The notes: generated from the letters alone by a model not told the origin. 64,000 nt of DNA from Sulfurimonadaceae bacterium (GCA_041571435.1 JBFFUI010000002.1:32001-96000); one strand, 5' to 3'; shown: positions 51,153 to 62,144, numbered from the stretch's first letter. Made by a program: numbers and translations.

Positions 51153-54100
51153 TTACCATCGAATTCTCCTGTTAGTGTTTCTGTTTTTCTTACCGGAGCT
51201 ATCTTTCACAGACTCCGCCGCACCCGTATCGCTCGACCAGGATCCCGGTCCATAATATTCAAGTTCACCACGTATCTCAGTCGCAGGGTCCGGTTTATAT
51301 TTATCATATATCAACCATGATTGTGTCCCTGCAGTTAAACTGCTTGGCACTGTTACGGTACCTTTATACGGGAACCCTTTTGAACCATCATAGCTATAAG
51401 AAGCCGACGTCGTCTGTGTGCTATGTGTAAAGACTGGGGTAATACCACCATCCGGAATATTTTGTGTAGAAAAGGTCACATTACCGTCAGTAGCCGTATT
51501 GTGCAAGGTATTGCGATACCAGTTTACGCTGTCAACACTTCGTTTAGGCGATGTTCCCAACAGATCAGTGATCAATGTCTGATTATAATCTGCAGCACCC
51601 TTGTCGCCATAGAACTCATAGAAGAACGTTACGTTGCCGGCACATGGTGCACCGGTACACATGGCACGCGTACGCGGCATATGGCTACGCCCGTACACGA
51701 AAGTAAGGTTCTCATCATCACTGTCTGTACCGGCAATGTTTGCCGTACCTTCAGGTGCAGTTCCCGTATAATTGGAATTAACATCTACGATGACGTCACT
51801 GCCAAAAACTCTGAACGGGTTTACCGGCTTATTGGTTTGACGAATATAATTGAACCAGAATGCCAATGTTTCGTTGCTCTCGTTCCAATTCAAATCTCTA
51901 TAACCATCAGTAAAACCGATAAGTTTTGCAGTACTGATCTCATGTTCGATCGTAGGCAATCCTGCCGGAGTCGGCACTGTCATCAATACGGTCACATTAT
52001 GTTCATATCCAAATAGAGGGACATCTGTGAAGTTGACTGTCGTTGCATTATTTTCATTTTCTGCCCATATCTGTACATGCATATGTGGCGTCATATTCGC
52101 ATCATTAGAGAGGTAGGTAAATCCGTTGCTGCTATTATTAAGATCCACTATCACCTTGAAATGGTCCGGTATAAACATTACATCAACATTTCCACACACA
52201 TAAGCACCATCAGGATTACATGTCATCGGTGTATCGTCAAAATCCACCTCTGACCAGTTTGCATCGACCAGATCGATCGTAATATGTCCCACTTCATTAT
52301 AATTGTAGACTGCAGGTGTCACAGTCACTCCATTTACGAAGTTTCCACCACCACTTAAATTTCCAGTCGTCGAACCAGCCAAAGTGTTGTGGATTACGCC
52401 GTCTGAACCATACTTGGTAACATTGTCATCAAGGTTGGCAATAGACTGATCATAACTCGATGTATTTTCATCAATGTAGTCATACGCAACAATCGTGATG
52501 TTATAATCCTTACCTGCTCGCAACAGATCGGGGTAGCTTATTTCTGACGAACTGATATCATAGCGGTCAGGTCGAACGGCGAAATTGTCTTTTGACAGTG
52601 CTTGTATCTCAGGACCAACTAGACACGAGAGACATGCGGGTTCACTATCAAAAGGCGCAATATACGGGAAGCCGGAGTTACCGGCATTTGAGCTACATGG
52701 GCCATATGGTTGGCCGTTGCTGGCAGTCCATATATTCAGACAAGTGTCTGCAGTATTGATAAAGACCTCTTCGAGCCTTGACTCACTGTTGAAACATGCT
52801 GATATTTCTGCCAGGTTACCGTTTTTACTCGCGCGCAAGATACACTGCTCTTCCTGTGCTGACAATGTAGAGCTTAAGATGTTATACCGGGCTGCGATCT
52901 TGGCATCGCGTGACGCTTTTGGTATTGTAAACGACCCTGTCGATGATGTCGCAACGACATTTTTTGATGTCTTGTCTATCTGTGCAGTGACCAGTGTACC
53001 GTCAGGATATTTCAGAGGCGACAGCTTAGAATATAACCCTGTAGCAGGATCGATTTCCGCCAGTTCCAAGATCATTGCAAACGGCGTTCCGTCAAAATCT
53101 TCCGGTGCGCCGTCCGGGTTCTCTCCCAAATAGACGATATCAACTGCCAATGGTTTTTCCGTCACCTTAGTTGTGATAACAGAAGCCGCCCCATTATCAT
53201 AAGTTGCCTCATCAAAGTTATCAAGCACGTCTACTTTTCCAAATGTCACAGCTCCAGAATCTGAAGGGTAGCTGGCACTACAAGGCGGAATCTCACCGTT
53301 AAAAACCAGACCGTCTCGCATATAACTTCCGTATAAGCTCACGCTGCTCACTCCGCTAGCATCCGTATCTATATCTGTGGCCAGTATGCTTCTAAAAGGG
53401 TTCAAAATCGTCGCGTTATATTCATAACCGTTGGATGTTCCATCTGAGAATGGGCCACAGTCTGCGTTTGAATCACAAGTCCCTAATGTCGTAGGAGGTG
53501 TATACACTTTTTTGACATTAACATAATAGACCACTTTAAGTGGGTTTTGATTACCGACACTCACGAATGAAGTACAATTGGAACCAAGATAGAAGCTGTC
53601 TATAGCCGTACAGTTTTGGCTCCCCTGATCATCAAAACCTGAGTCATAATAACAGAGGTCGTCTGCCGTTGCGGTATCGACAAACTCGGTCGCTATACTG
53701 GAGATGTTGTTAAGGATATCACCATCGTTGCTGCTTTCAACATAAGCACTGTTGGTCACATAAGTATGCGTGGACGGTCCGGTCACTTCTATTGTGATCG
53801 TGTCGGTGGCACCGCTTGCAAAATCACCAGTGTAGGCACAACTTAGATTTCGATCGGCAGTGACATAACTACAATTCCACCCTGCGGGTGCGGTGTAGCC
53901 TATATATGTCACACTCGACGAAACGATATCCCAGACGACGACATCGGTAGCAGCCTCCGCACCTTGGTTTGTTACATCGATAGTATAATTGATGTCAGTA
54001 CTGACCTGTTTGATCTTCGGTGCATCTTTTACCACCGTCATATCTGAAATCGTACTGAGCAGTGTTAACGTTGCTACAGAAGGGTCGATGTAACACTCAC

Positions 54101-54824
54101 TGTTGTCACACTGGACTGATGAGAGGTTGACATCGAATGTGTCCCCCGGAGTTGTCAGGTTTGTAGGGACGTTGACCGTGATCGTCTCAGTCGTATTACA
54201 TTCCGTATTAAACTGTACTGTACCCGTATCACTGAAATTAGCATCGTTGATGAACGTCACCGTAATGTCGTTCTCATATGGACAACGTGTGATATTGACA
54301 TTCAAATCGACTGTCGGCGTACCCAGTTTAATGTTTTTTGTTTCTGGGGAGATAGAGATTCTTGGAATAGTCTCCGGGACCAGTGTGACGTTCAAGTCAA
54401 AAGGCACTGCTGTCGCACTAGTGTCCGCGCCGACGAGCACATAAAGCGTATCGCCATTGATATAGACTTCGAAGCCATAGGTCGTTGACGTGGGCAGTGT
54501 CGGTAGTGTGGTCCTGTCTGCTGCAAGTACCACATCTGCATCTGTCCCGGCATTAAAGCTTACGTAGACCAGACCTGTCTCTGTCAGGTTAAACGTATAT
54601 GCTTCGTACTTGCTTTTTGTCACTGACCCGGTCAATGACGTCTGCTGTGTAGCCCCAACAAATACCCCTGTGCTGTTAAGATCGAAAGGGCCGTTCAGGT
54701 TGACTAGGGCGGCAGCCATAAGGGCTGCAGGTGTTATCAGCGATACTGTAAAGAACAATACCATGCTTTTAAATCTGTTTATCATCTGTATCAATAAAAT
54801 GAAAAATCTACTAAAAACTTCCAT
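51153..54824 (-). CDS. Large secreted MshQ-like pilus tip adhesin with a DUF11-type Ig domain
   Basis: Signal region; T/S/D/N-rich beta sequence; DMTVVK...YTIDVTNQG...VWD (DUF11); FAVRPDRY/FIPDHF/FVYGR MshQ-like motifs; located upstream of the minor pilins. Confidence 0.65.
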   Translation of the reverse strand: MEVFSRFFILLIQMINRFKSMVLFFTVSLITPAALMAAALVNLNGPFDLNSTGVFVGATQQTSLTGSVTKSKYEAYTFNLTETGLVYVSFNAGTDADVVLAADRTTLPTLPTSTTYGFEVYINGDTLYVLVGADTSATAVPFDLNVTLVPETIPRISISPETKNIKLGTPTVDLNVNITRCPYENDITVTFINDANFSDTGTVQFNTECNTTETITVNVPTNLTTPGDTFDVNLSSVQCDNSECYIDPSVATLTLLSTISDMTVVKDAPKIKQVSTDINYTIDVTNQGAEAATDVVVWDIVSSSVTYIGYTAPAGWNCSYVTADRNLSCAYTGDFASGATDTITIEVTGPSTHTYVTNSAYVESSNDGDILNNISSIATEFVDTATADDLCYYDSGFDDQGSQNCTAIDSFYLGSNCTSFVSVGNQNPLKVVYYVNVKKVYTPPTTLGTCDSNADCGPFSDGTSNGYEYNATILNPFRSILATDIDTDASGVSSVSLYGSYMRDGLVFNGEIPPCSASYPSDSGAVTFGKVDVLDNFDEATYDNGAASVITTKVTEKPLAVDIVYLGENPDGAPEDFDGTPFAMILELAEIDPATGLYSKLSPLKYPDGTLVTAQIDKTSKNVVATSSTGSFTIPKASRDAKIAARYNILSSTLSAQEEQCILRASKNGNLAEISACFNSESRLEEVFINTADTCLNIWTASNGQPYGPCSSNAGNSGFPYIAPFDSEPACLSCLVGPEIQALSKDNFAVRPDRYDISSSEISYPDLLRAGKDYNITIVAYDYIDENTSSYDQSIANLDDNVTKYGSDGVIHNTLAGSTTGNLSGGGNFVNGVTVTPAVYNYNEVGHITIDLVDANWSEVDFDDTPMTCNPDGAYVCGNVDVMFIPDHFKVIVDLNNSSNGFTYLSNDANMTPHMHVQIWAENENNATTVNFTDVPLFGYEHNVTVLMTVPTPAGLPTIEHEISTAKLIGFTDGYRDLNWNESNETLAFWFNYIRQTNKPVNPFRVFGSDVIVDVNSNYTGTAPEGTANIAGTDSDDENLTFVYGRSHMPRTRAMCTGAPCAGNVTFFYEFYGDKGAADYNQTLITDLLGTSPKRSVDSVNWYRNTLHNTATDGNVTFSTQNIPDGGITPVFTHSTQTTSASYSYDGSKGFPYKGTVTVPSSLTAGTQSWLIYDKYKPDPATEIRGELEYYGPGSWSSDTGAAESVKDSSGKKNRNTNRRIRW

Positions 54825-55059
54825 TTTTTCTCCCCTTATTTAAGGTATATTGCATTTTTTCTATTGACAACTCTGCCAATTTTTCAGTATATGATATTTT
54901 ATATTGGTTTACACTTAAATTTTATATATAAAAGCCTTATCATACGGAGATATTAAAAAAATATTTGCACATGTAGATAAAAATAAATATTGCTATATTT
55001 AGCTGGGGATTTAGTAGTATTTTACACAGTAGAGACTTCTACTGTGTAGGAAGAGACGA

Positions 55060-55674
55060 TTAATATTCGCCTGTAAATTTGAAGACGATCGAACCGTATG
55101 CTTCGTACATATTGTCAATAGTGTAGGTGTCATTATCTGAGAAGACATGTTTTGCGCGCACACCAAGTTCAATACCCAGGTTGTCGATGAGATCGATGTT
55201 TGCACCCACTTGGGCACCACCATAACCGTTTTGGTTTGTTTCACTATACGTTGTTCCTGTTGAGTCATCCTCGAATGTTGAAACGATACCACCACCGTTA
55301 AGACCCATGAAAATATTGAAATGCTCACCGGCACGGATCAGGTAGTCGACCTGCAGACCCAGTGACATCGCTGTTGATGCAGTTGTATTTGGCGCATCAA
55401 GCTGGTAGTATGTACCGGCCAGAAACAGTCTGTAGTGTTTTGACTCGCCCCCCAGTTTCACTGACGCTGAAGCAGCAGCTGATGTCTCATCTACAGCGAG
55501 AATCGTCGTACCCGGAGTCGTCGTCGTGTCTCTATAGGAAAGGTCTGCAGAACCTGCAGCACCCTCAATCGCGATCAAACCTTTTGCATCCCACTCGTTA
55601 GCAAAATAATTTTCACCAGCACTTGCATTAACAGCCGCAAGCAAAATCGCTGAACTTAAGACTTTTTTCAACAT
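55060..55674 (-). CDS. Small outer-membrane beta-barrel protein
   Basis: Signal peptide (ASA cleavage), amphipathic beta strands, aromatic C-terminus. Confidence 0.75.
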   Translation of the reverse strand: MLKKVLSSAILLAAVNASAGENYFANEWDAKGLIAIEGAAGSADLSYRDTTTTPGTTILAVDETSAAASASVKLGGESKHYRLFLAGTYYQLDAPNTTASTAMSLGLQVDYLIRAGEHFNIFMGLNGGGIVSTFEDDSTGTTYSETNQNGYGGAQVGANIDLIDNLGIELGVRAKHVFSDNDTYTIDNMYEAYGSIVFKFTGEY

Positions 55675-55824
55675 TTATTACCCTTTGTATTTAGATATTT
55701 GTGACAATATCACTTCATTATGTTACTGATTATAGCGCCTTCGGATTTAACTATTCTTAAAAGTTATACAAATTTTATCGATATACACGATATTGTTGAT
55801 TTTTACGTTAAAAAGTGAACCCAA

Positions 55825-56988
55825 TTACCCCTGCTCGACAATGTTTTTCGCAACAGCTACGGCCGAACTAAAGGCCCACTGGAAGTTGTACCCACCCAGT
55901 TCACCGGTGACATCAAGTACTTCACCGGCGAAATAGAGCCCTTCTGTCAGGTTGCTCTCCAGACTCCAGCTGTTGATGTCTTCTGTTCTGACACCGCCTT
56001 TGCAGACCTCTGCTTTGCTGAAACCGTAGCTGCCTGCCGGCGCGAAGGTGTAGTGGTGCAGCGCCTTTGCCAGCATCTCCAACTCTTCATCTTTATAGGT
56101 GATGCAGGGTCTGTCCTTGACCCCAAGTTCACCTAAAAGTCCCTGCATAAACCGCTTGGGCAGCGGCAGTGCCGTAGAGAGCAGTTTGCGGTTATTGTGC
56201 ATGAGCGCAGGCAACTCTTCCCCCGGCAGAAAATTGATCGTGATTTCGCCACGTTCCCAATAGAGCGATGCACTGAGTATGACCGGGCCGCTCAGACCGC
56301 GATGTGTCATCAGCATATCTTCACTCAATACCTTCTCTGCTACATGGACTTCAGCCGGGAAACTGATGCCGCTGAGCTCTTTCATCCAGAACTCTTTTGC
56401 CTGCAGGGTCAGACCCGCCAACGCAGGTGCATAAGGTTTGACACTATGTCCAAAACTGCGGGCAAGCTCAAGACCGATCGCACTCGCACCCAGCGATGCA
56501 AAACTTTTTGCACCTGTTGCGATGACCGCCTTTTTTGCCTTGTAGTGTCCCCGGTCCGTTGTAAGTTCAAAGCAGTCTGACTTTGTCAATGCGATGATCT
56601 TTGTGTTGAGCAGATACTTTGTCTTCCGGCTTGCCGTGGCTAAAATGTCGATAATCTCATCGGAACTTTCGGCGCAGAAATAGTACTGCTCTTTTCTTAT
56701 GACCGGTTGCAGGCCTCTCTGCTGCAGCCACAAAAGCAGATCCTCTTTGGAAAACTGTGAAAAAACAGATTCGATCAGCTGTTCGTCCCCAAGATAGTTG
56801 TTGGCACTGACATTGACGTTCGTGATATTGCACTTGCCGCCGCCGGAGATCTTCAGTTTTTTAGCTGCTTTTTCATTGCCTTCTACAACCAGTACCGAGA
56901 ATTCGCTCGATTCATTAAGCTGTGCGGCACACATCATCCCGCTAGCACCAGCACCCAGAATCATCACATCATATATTTTTTCTGACAC
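55825..56988 (-). CDS. HI0933/BaiN-family flavoprotein
   Basis: GAGASG, KLKISGGGKCNITN and GEVLDVTGELGGYNFQWAFSS motifs. Confidence 0.92.
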   Translation of the reverse strand: MSEKIYDVMILGAGASGMMCAAQLNESSEFSVLVVEGNEKAAKKLKISGGGKCNITNVNVSANNYLGDEQLIESVFSQFSKEDLLLWLQQRGLQPVIRKEQYYFCAESSDEIIDILATASRKTKYLLNTKIIALTKSDCFELTTDRGHYKAKKAVIATGAKSFASLGASAIGLELARSFGHSVKPYAPALAGLTLQAKEFWMKELSGISFPAEVHVAEKVLSEDMLMTHRGLSGPVILSASLYWERGEITINFLPGEELPALMHNNRKLLSTALPLPKRFMQGLLGELGVKDRPCITYKDEELEMLAKALHHYTFAPAGSYGFSKAEVCKGGVRTEDINSWSLESNLTEGLYFAGEVLDVTGELGGYNFQWAFSSAVAVAKNIVEQG

Positions 56989-57170
56989 ACATACCCCATC
57001 GCTTTAGTGCTGCTATTTTAACTAAAAGTGCGGAAGATTGTAAGTGAATGGATCCGGCATCCATAAGAGCACACCCCTTTTTTAAAATCCGTATGGCACG
57101 TCAGCGACCCATAATCTATGTTATAATTCGCGTATTAAAAAGGGGCAAAAAAATGCCCTCAAGGACATAA

Positions 57171-58490
57171 ATGAGTAACAAACTACACATCGTCTCGCTT
57201 GGATGTAACAAAAACCTTGTTGACACAGAGGTGATGCTCGGACGGTTAAAAGCGTATGAGATGACGGATAATGCTACTGAAGCTGACGTTATCATCGTCA
57301 ACACCTGCGGCTTTATCGATGCGGCCAAAGAGGAGTCTATCAACACCATGTTAACCCTCGATGCGGGTCGCAAAGAGGACTCTGTTCTGGTGATGGCAGG
57401 CTGTATGAGCGAACGTTACAGTGAAGAGCTCTCCAAAGAGCTGACAGAGGTCGATATCTTTACCGGTGTCGGCGACTATGCCAACATCGACAAACTACTG
57501 GCTGAACGCGAAAGCCGATTCAGCGATGCCGTTTACCTCATCGACGGTGAAGAGCGTGTAGTCACGGGCTCAACCTATCATGCCTACATCAAAATCTCGG
57601 AAGGGTGCAACCAGAGCTGTTCGTTTTGTGCAATTCCCTCATTTAAAGGCAAGCTGAATTCGCGCAACCTTGACAGTATTGCCAATGAGGTCGAACGTCT
57701 GGTCGCGCAGGGTTATTACGACTTCAGCTTTATCTCTCAGGACTCAAGCTCGTTTCTGCGTGATCAAAATATAAAAGACGGTCTTATCCATCTGATAAAA
57801 CGTATTGAACTGATCGATGGGGTCAAGAGTGCCCGTATTTTGTACCTCTACCCCAGCACGACCAGCATGAAACTGCTCCAGGAGATCGCAAAATCAAAAC
57901 TATTCCATAACTATTTCGACATGCCGATTCAGCACATCAACGACGATATGCTTCGCATGATGAAGCGCGGTTTTGGCAAAGAGAAGACGCTTGAACAGCT
58001 CAACTACATGCGTTCTTTGCCAGACTCCTTTGTCCGGACCACCTTTATCGTCGGTCATCCCGGGGAAACAGAGGCGATGTTCGACGAGCTCTGCGACTTC
58101 GTCAAAGCGTTCGGCTTTGACCGTGCAAACGTCTTTGGCTACTCTGATGAAGAGGGGACATCTGCCTACGAGGCAGATGAGAAACTGCCTCAGGAAATTA
58201 TCGACGAACGGGCAGATATCCTGGGGGCGATCTGCGCTGAAGCCGAGATGGCATCCTTGCAAGCCGAGATCGGAAAAGAGATCGAGCTGATCATCGACGG
58301 CGAAAGTGACGAACACGAGTTCCTTCTCTCTGCCCGCAAGACCATCTGGGCACCGGAGATCGACGGCGAGATCTATATCAATGACAAGAGCATTGATGAA
58401 GAGCTGGAGTTTGGCCACATCTACAGAGCGAAAGTGACAGGCATCGTCGGTACGACATTGACAGCCACTGTCATCGGGCATGCTGAATAA
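57171..58490 (+). CDS. rimO: Ribosomal protein S12 methylthiotransferase
   Basis: SLGCNKNLVD, NTCGFI, CNQSCSFC, APEIDG TRAM domain. Confidence 0.96.
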   Translation: MSNKLHIVSLGCNKNLVDTEVMLGRLKAYEMTDNATEADVIIVNTCGFIDAAKEESINTMLTLDAGRKEDSVLVMAGCMSERYSEELSKELTEVDIFTGVGDYANIDKLLAERESRFSDAVYLIDGEERVVTGSTYHAYIKISEGCNQSCSFCAIPSFKGKLNSRNLDSIANEVERLVAQGYYDFSFISQDSSSFLRDQNIKDGLIHLIKRIELIDGVKSARILYLYPSTTSMKLLQEIAKSKLFHNYFDMPIQHINDDMLRMMKRGFGKEKTLEQLNYMRSLPDSFVRTTFIVGHPGETEAMFDELCDFVKAFGFDRANVFGYSDEEGTSAYEADEKLPQEIIDERADILGAICAEAEMASLQAEIGKEIELIIDGESDEHEFLLSARKTIWAPEIDGEIYINDKSIDEELEFGHIYRAKVTGIVGTTLTATVIGHAE

Positions 58491-59493
58491 CAACACCCTC
58501 CCCATTCTACAAGAAGGTAAAAACCTTCTTGCCTTCTCAGGCGGTGTAGACTCCTCTGCCCTCTTTTTTCTACTGCAGCAGGCCGGAATTGATTTTGATC
58601 TTGCGATTGTGGATTATCAGATGCGCGACCAGTCTGTTCAGGAGGTGGCCTATGCACACGCTCTCGCTACAGAGTTTCATAAAGAGTGCTACACCTTAGA
58701 GACCCTGCTCTCTGAGCAGAACTTCGAAGCGACTGCCCGCAATGTTCGCTATGATTTTTTTGAATCGCTCATTGGTGAGCATGGTTATACCAACCTTATC
58801 ACCGCCCACCAGCTCGATGATCGTCTGGAGTGGCTGCTGATGCAGTTGGGCAAAGGGGCAGGTCTTTATGAGCTGCTGGGTATGTCTGTCATCGAGAAGC
58901 GCAAAAACTACCGTTTAGTACGCCCTCTGCTTGAAACGACCAGAGAGCAGATCAATAACTACCTCAAAGACAACTGCATCCGATATTTTGAGGATGAGAG
59001 CAACAGCGATGAAAAGTACAAACGCAATTTTTTCCGTCACAACCTTGCCACACCGCTGCTTGAGAAATACGCCAAAGGGATCAAAAAAAGTTTCAGATAC
59101 CTCGATGAAGACCTGACCGAACGCATAGAACAGGAGATCGATGTACAACGTGTTCAACAGCTTTACTATTTTGAACGTCCCGTTTCACGACGCAGCTCTG
59201 TCATTGCTGTTGACCGCCTTTTAAAAGCACTGGGATTCCTGATGCGTCAAGGGGACAAAGAGATGCTGAAAACAGCTGACGAGCATGTCGTCGGACGCCA
59301 ATATGTTGTCAGTTTCCATCCGAACTACTGTTTTGTAGCACCCTACCTGGCAGACGAAATGCCAAAAGCATTCAGAGAGAAGTGTCGTCTTCTAAATGTA
59401 CCCAAAAAACTTAGGCCCTATCTCTATACCAATACAGAGGCCTTTGAATGCGTCGAGTCACTGCTAAACGACTCTAAACCTTGTAAATGCTGA
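58480..59493 (+). CDS. tilS: tRNA(Ile)-lysidine synthase
   Basis: AFSGGVDS PP-loop, TAHQLDD, RPLL and DESN...RN motifs. Confidence 0.93.
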   Translation: MLNNNTLPILQEGKNLLAFSGGVDSSALFFLLQQAGIDFDLAIVDYQMRDQSVQEVAYAHALATEFHKECYTLETLLSEQNFEATARNVRYDFFESLIGEHGYTNLITAHQLDDRLEWLLMQLGKGAGLYELLGMSVIEKRKNYRLVRPLLETTREQINNYLKDNCIRYFEDESNSDEKYKRNFFRHNLATPLLEKYAKGIKKSFRYLDEDLTERIEQEIDVQRVQQLYYFERPVSRRSSVIAVDRLLKALGFLMRQGDKEMLKTADEHVVGRQYVVSFHPNYCFVAPYLADEMPKAFREKCRLLNVPKKLRPYLYTNTEAFECVESLLNDSKPCKC

Positions 59494-59528
59494 TGAGTCT
59501 TTTCAGTCGATTTCATCCATAGTCGTTT

Positions 59529-60035
59529 TTACTTAACGGTTCGCACCTTCAACTTAAAATGGGTATCGATCCCATTTTCTACCCCTTTAAATAGGAGGGT
59601 ACCGTCAACCTCCGCCACCCATTCAAACAGATTTAATGCATCGATAAAACGATAATAGTCTGTCGGTGTTGCAATCGTTGCACGGACTGCTATCATCTCC
59701 ATCTGGTAAGGCCCGCTCTTTTCACTGATAACGCTGCGAAGGGAAAACGATGCAAAGTACTGCTTTAAGTAGCTTTCGAATTGATCCACGTCAAAATGTC
59801 TATGGAGCGCCATATCGATGTTTTTTTCTCGCTCCTGCAGGTTTTGCAGTTGTGCATAATACTTCTCAAACTCTTTTTCGGCACTCTCAAGGTCGGCACT
59901 GTCTTGCATCAGATCTATGTTGAGTGCACGGTAAGCTTTGATCTTGGGCGTAAAGACATAAAATCCGAAGACGACAATTACACTCGAAAGTACAAAAAGC
60001 AGAATTATGGAGCCGAATGAAGCGAATTTACTCAT
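59529..60035 (-). CDS. PilO-like bitopic membrane protein
   Basis: ATG at 60035 overlaps the upstream stop; single N-terminal TM helix, coiled coil, ferredoxin-like C-terminus (YYRFIDAL). Confidence 0.6.
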   Translation of the reverse strand: MSKFASFGSIILLFVLSSVIVVFGFYVFTPKIKAYRALNIDLMQDSADLESAEKEFEKYYAQLQNLQEREKNIDMALHRHFDVDQFESYLKQYFASFSLRSVISEKSGPYQMEMIAVRATIATPTDYYRFIDALNLFEWVAEVDGTLLFKGVENGIDTHFKLKVRTVK

Positions 60036-60540
60036 TTTCTGCCTCCATAACCGAGATGTTGTTAAAGCCGTAGCGACCATCTTCCAATACTGTAAACTGT
60101 GTTGAACTTCGGGCGAAGAGAGATGCCAGGGAGCGTTGCAAGGTGTTGTTGAAATGTTCTTCACTGACAGTCGTCCCTTTCAGGCGTAGCGTGTTCTCCC
60201 GGAATTCGGCAAGTTCCAGCACCACGCCATCAGGAACAAGGTCAAAGAAGTTCTTGACATTCTCTTTGTTGAGTCTGTTTTTAGTACTGATCTCCTCACG
60301 GAGTTTTTCAAGTTTCTGCAGTCGTTGTATTTCGGAAAGAACACGCTGCTGCTCGTTTTTGACCGTCTGCGTCTTGTTTGTCACCTCTGCCAGCGCTTGT
60401 TCATAGGATGCAATAGCACTGTTTAAAAAGAGTGCGCTTGCAGACATAATAATAACAAGAACAGCAAATGTGGACAGTAGCCATGTCAGCTCTGCTCCAA
60501 GGACTTTTTTCTGTCGTGGCGGTATGAAGCTATGTCTCAT
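60028..60540 (-). CDS. PilN-like bitopic membrane protein
   Basis: N-terminal SFIP, TM helix, coiled coil, LVPDGVVL...LRLKG PilN-type core. Confidence 0.7.
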   Translation of the reverse strand: MRHSFIPPRQKKVLGAELTWLLSTFAVLVIIMSASALFLNSAIASYEQALAEVTNKTQTVKNEQQRVLSEIQRLQKLEKLREEISTKNRLNKENVKNFFDLVPDGVVLELAEFRENTLRLKGTTVSEEHFNNTLQRSLASLFARSSTQFTVLEDGRYGFNNISVMEAENE

Positions 60541-61316
60541 GCAAGCTCCTTTTCGCTTAACAGAACAAGTTGGTGCGCAAGATCGATATGCTGTCTTTCG
60601 ACCTCGACAAACAGTGCCTCTTCAAGACGGTTCTCCAGCTCGGTATCGAAGTTTGCTCCATCAGCCATAAAGACCTTCTCAATAAACATCGTCTCGTCCA
60701 CTTTGGCATCGTAAAAGGCTTTGACTGCCGCTTGTATCTTCTCGACGTAGACATCCACCACCTTTGTTTCATCGACCAGTGAGAGCGCCTCATGCATCTG
60801 TATCTGTTCACCATAGATCATAACACTCTCTTTAAAAACAGCACTGACGATAAGATCACCGGTAATCAGCAGGAAAAGGCCGTCACGCTCTTTCAGTACC
60901 TGTTCGAAAAAGTCATACAACAGTGAGAAGGGAGAGAAGATAAAGTCCAGACCGATTGTCTTGAACTGTTTTTGTCGTTCAAAGAGGTCATCTTTGTCCA
61001 TATAGAGACCCCAACGCTCGTCCATGCAGATTTGGTCGACACTGCTCAGCTCTACTCCCTGCGCATCTCTGCAGTTCGACAAAAGGCCCTGGGCCGCTTC
61101 TGTCTCCAACAGCGCAACATAGTTCAGGCCACACTCTTTTTCAAACGTTCTGATTCTCTTTTCCAACGCCGAGAGCTCTGCAATATTCTCTTCATCAAAC
61201 CGTTTTTTCAGTTTCCCTTTTTTACGCAGCTCGGCATATAGACGGACACCTTCAGACGACGGGAGCAGCGTGATAAACAGTGTTGGCAAAAAAGCTTCAA
61301 GAAATTTCATCATCAT
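60537..61316 (-). CDS. PilM-like cytoplasmic protein
   Basis: [13 protein letters not shown] resembles PilM/actin-fold homologues; precedes the PilN/PilO-like genes. Confidence 0.55.
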   Translation of the reverse strand: MMMKFLEAFLPTLFITLLPSSEGVRLYAELRKKGKLKKRFDEENIAELSALEKRIRTFEKECGLNYVALLETEAAQGLLSNCRDAQGVELSSVDQICMDERWGLYMDKDDLFERQKQFKTIGLDFIFSPFSLLYDFFEQVLKERDGLFLLITGDLIVSAVFKESVMIYGEQIQMHEALSLVDETKVVDVYVEKIQAAVKAFYDAKVDETMFIEKVFMADGANFDTELENRLEEALFVEVERQHIDLAHQLVLLSEKELA

Positions 61317-62142
61317 CCTGACATAAAGGGTGTGCTTTTAGATAGTTTTGCAGCTTAACACTGCTGCCCAACTTCGTGTAGATCTGTGTTGTAGACATCG
61401 AAGCGTGCCCTAAAAGTTCACTGACGTCTGCAATCCGTGCGCTGTTGTTTAAAAGTGCCGTTGCATACGAGTGGCGCAATTGATGCGGCGTCACTTTCAG
61501 ACCGACGCGCTTGAAACACTTAGTCACCAGATATCTTAGACTATTTTCACTTAAGCGTTCCCCCTCTAATTCAAAGAGAAATGTCTGCGGTCTTGTCTCT
61601 TTCAGGTGCTTTTTGACAAGGGTGTACGTCGATGCCAGCATCGGTACATCCCGACTTTTCTGTCCCTTACCCATCACACGGACCCATTCGCCGGAGATGT
61701 CGTTCAATGATAAAGATGAGAGCTCTGAGATACGAAGGCCAAGCGTATAGAGCAGCGTGACGACGACCTGTTCTTTCAACGGCGCATGGGCAAGCGCCTC
61801 TTTAATATGCGCATCGCTGATCGGTTTGGGAAGTGATGCAGGCACCTTGATGCTCTCGTCCGCCTTGAGTGAGACTTTTTCGCCCTGTTCGTCCAGGTAG
61901 GCACAGAAACTGCGCATGGCTGAGATCTTTTTAGCGATGGTCGTCGGTTTCAGATGGGCGATGTGCAGACGGTAGGGCATGAGGTTGAGCGTCGTATGCC
62001 CATTCTCTTCTTCAAGCTCCAAAAAAGAGAAGGCCTCTTTCAGTGCTTCGTCATAACTTTTAAGTGTTAGATCGGAGTAGCCTCTGAACTTTTCCAGATA
62101 GCGTAAAAACGCCTTTCGGTAATCGTCCAGACTCTTTTTCAT
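61297..62142 (-). CDS. Tyrosine recombinase, XerC/XerD family
   Basis: [23 protein letters not shown] and [13 protein letters not shown] catalytic motifs. Confidence 0.92.
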   Translation of the reverse strand: MKKSLDDYRKAFLRYLEKFRGYSDLTLKSYDEALKEAFSFLELEEENGHTTLNLMPYRLHIAHLKPTTIAKKISAMRSFCAYLDEQGEKVSLKADESIKVPASLPKPISDAHIKEALAHAPLKEQVVVTLLYTLGLRISELSSLSLNDISGEWVRVMGKGQKSRDVPMLASTYTLVKKHLKETRPQTFLFELEGERLSENSLRYLVTKCFKRVGLKVTPHQLRHSYATALLNNSARIADVSELLGHASMSTTQIYTKLGSSVKLQNYLKAHPLCQDDDEIS

Positions 62143-62144
62143 GA

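Noticed and set aside
61297-62142. Recombinase as a prophage or island integrase
   Set aside because: Flanked by coupled core genes; no att repeats or phage genes.
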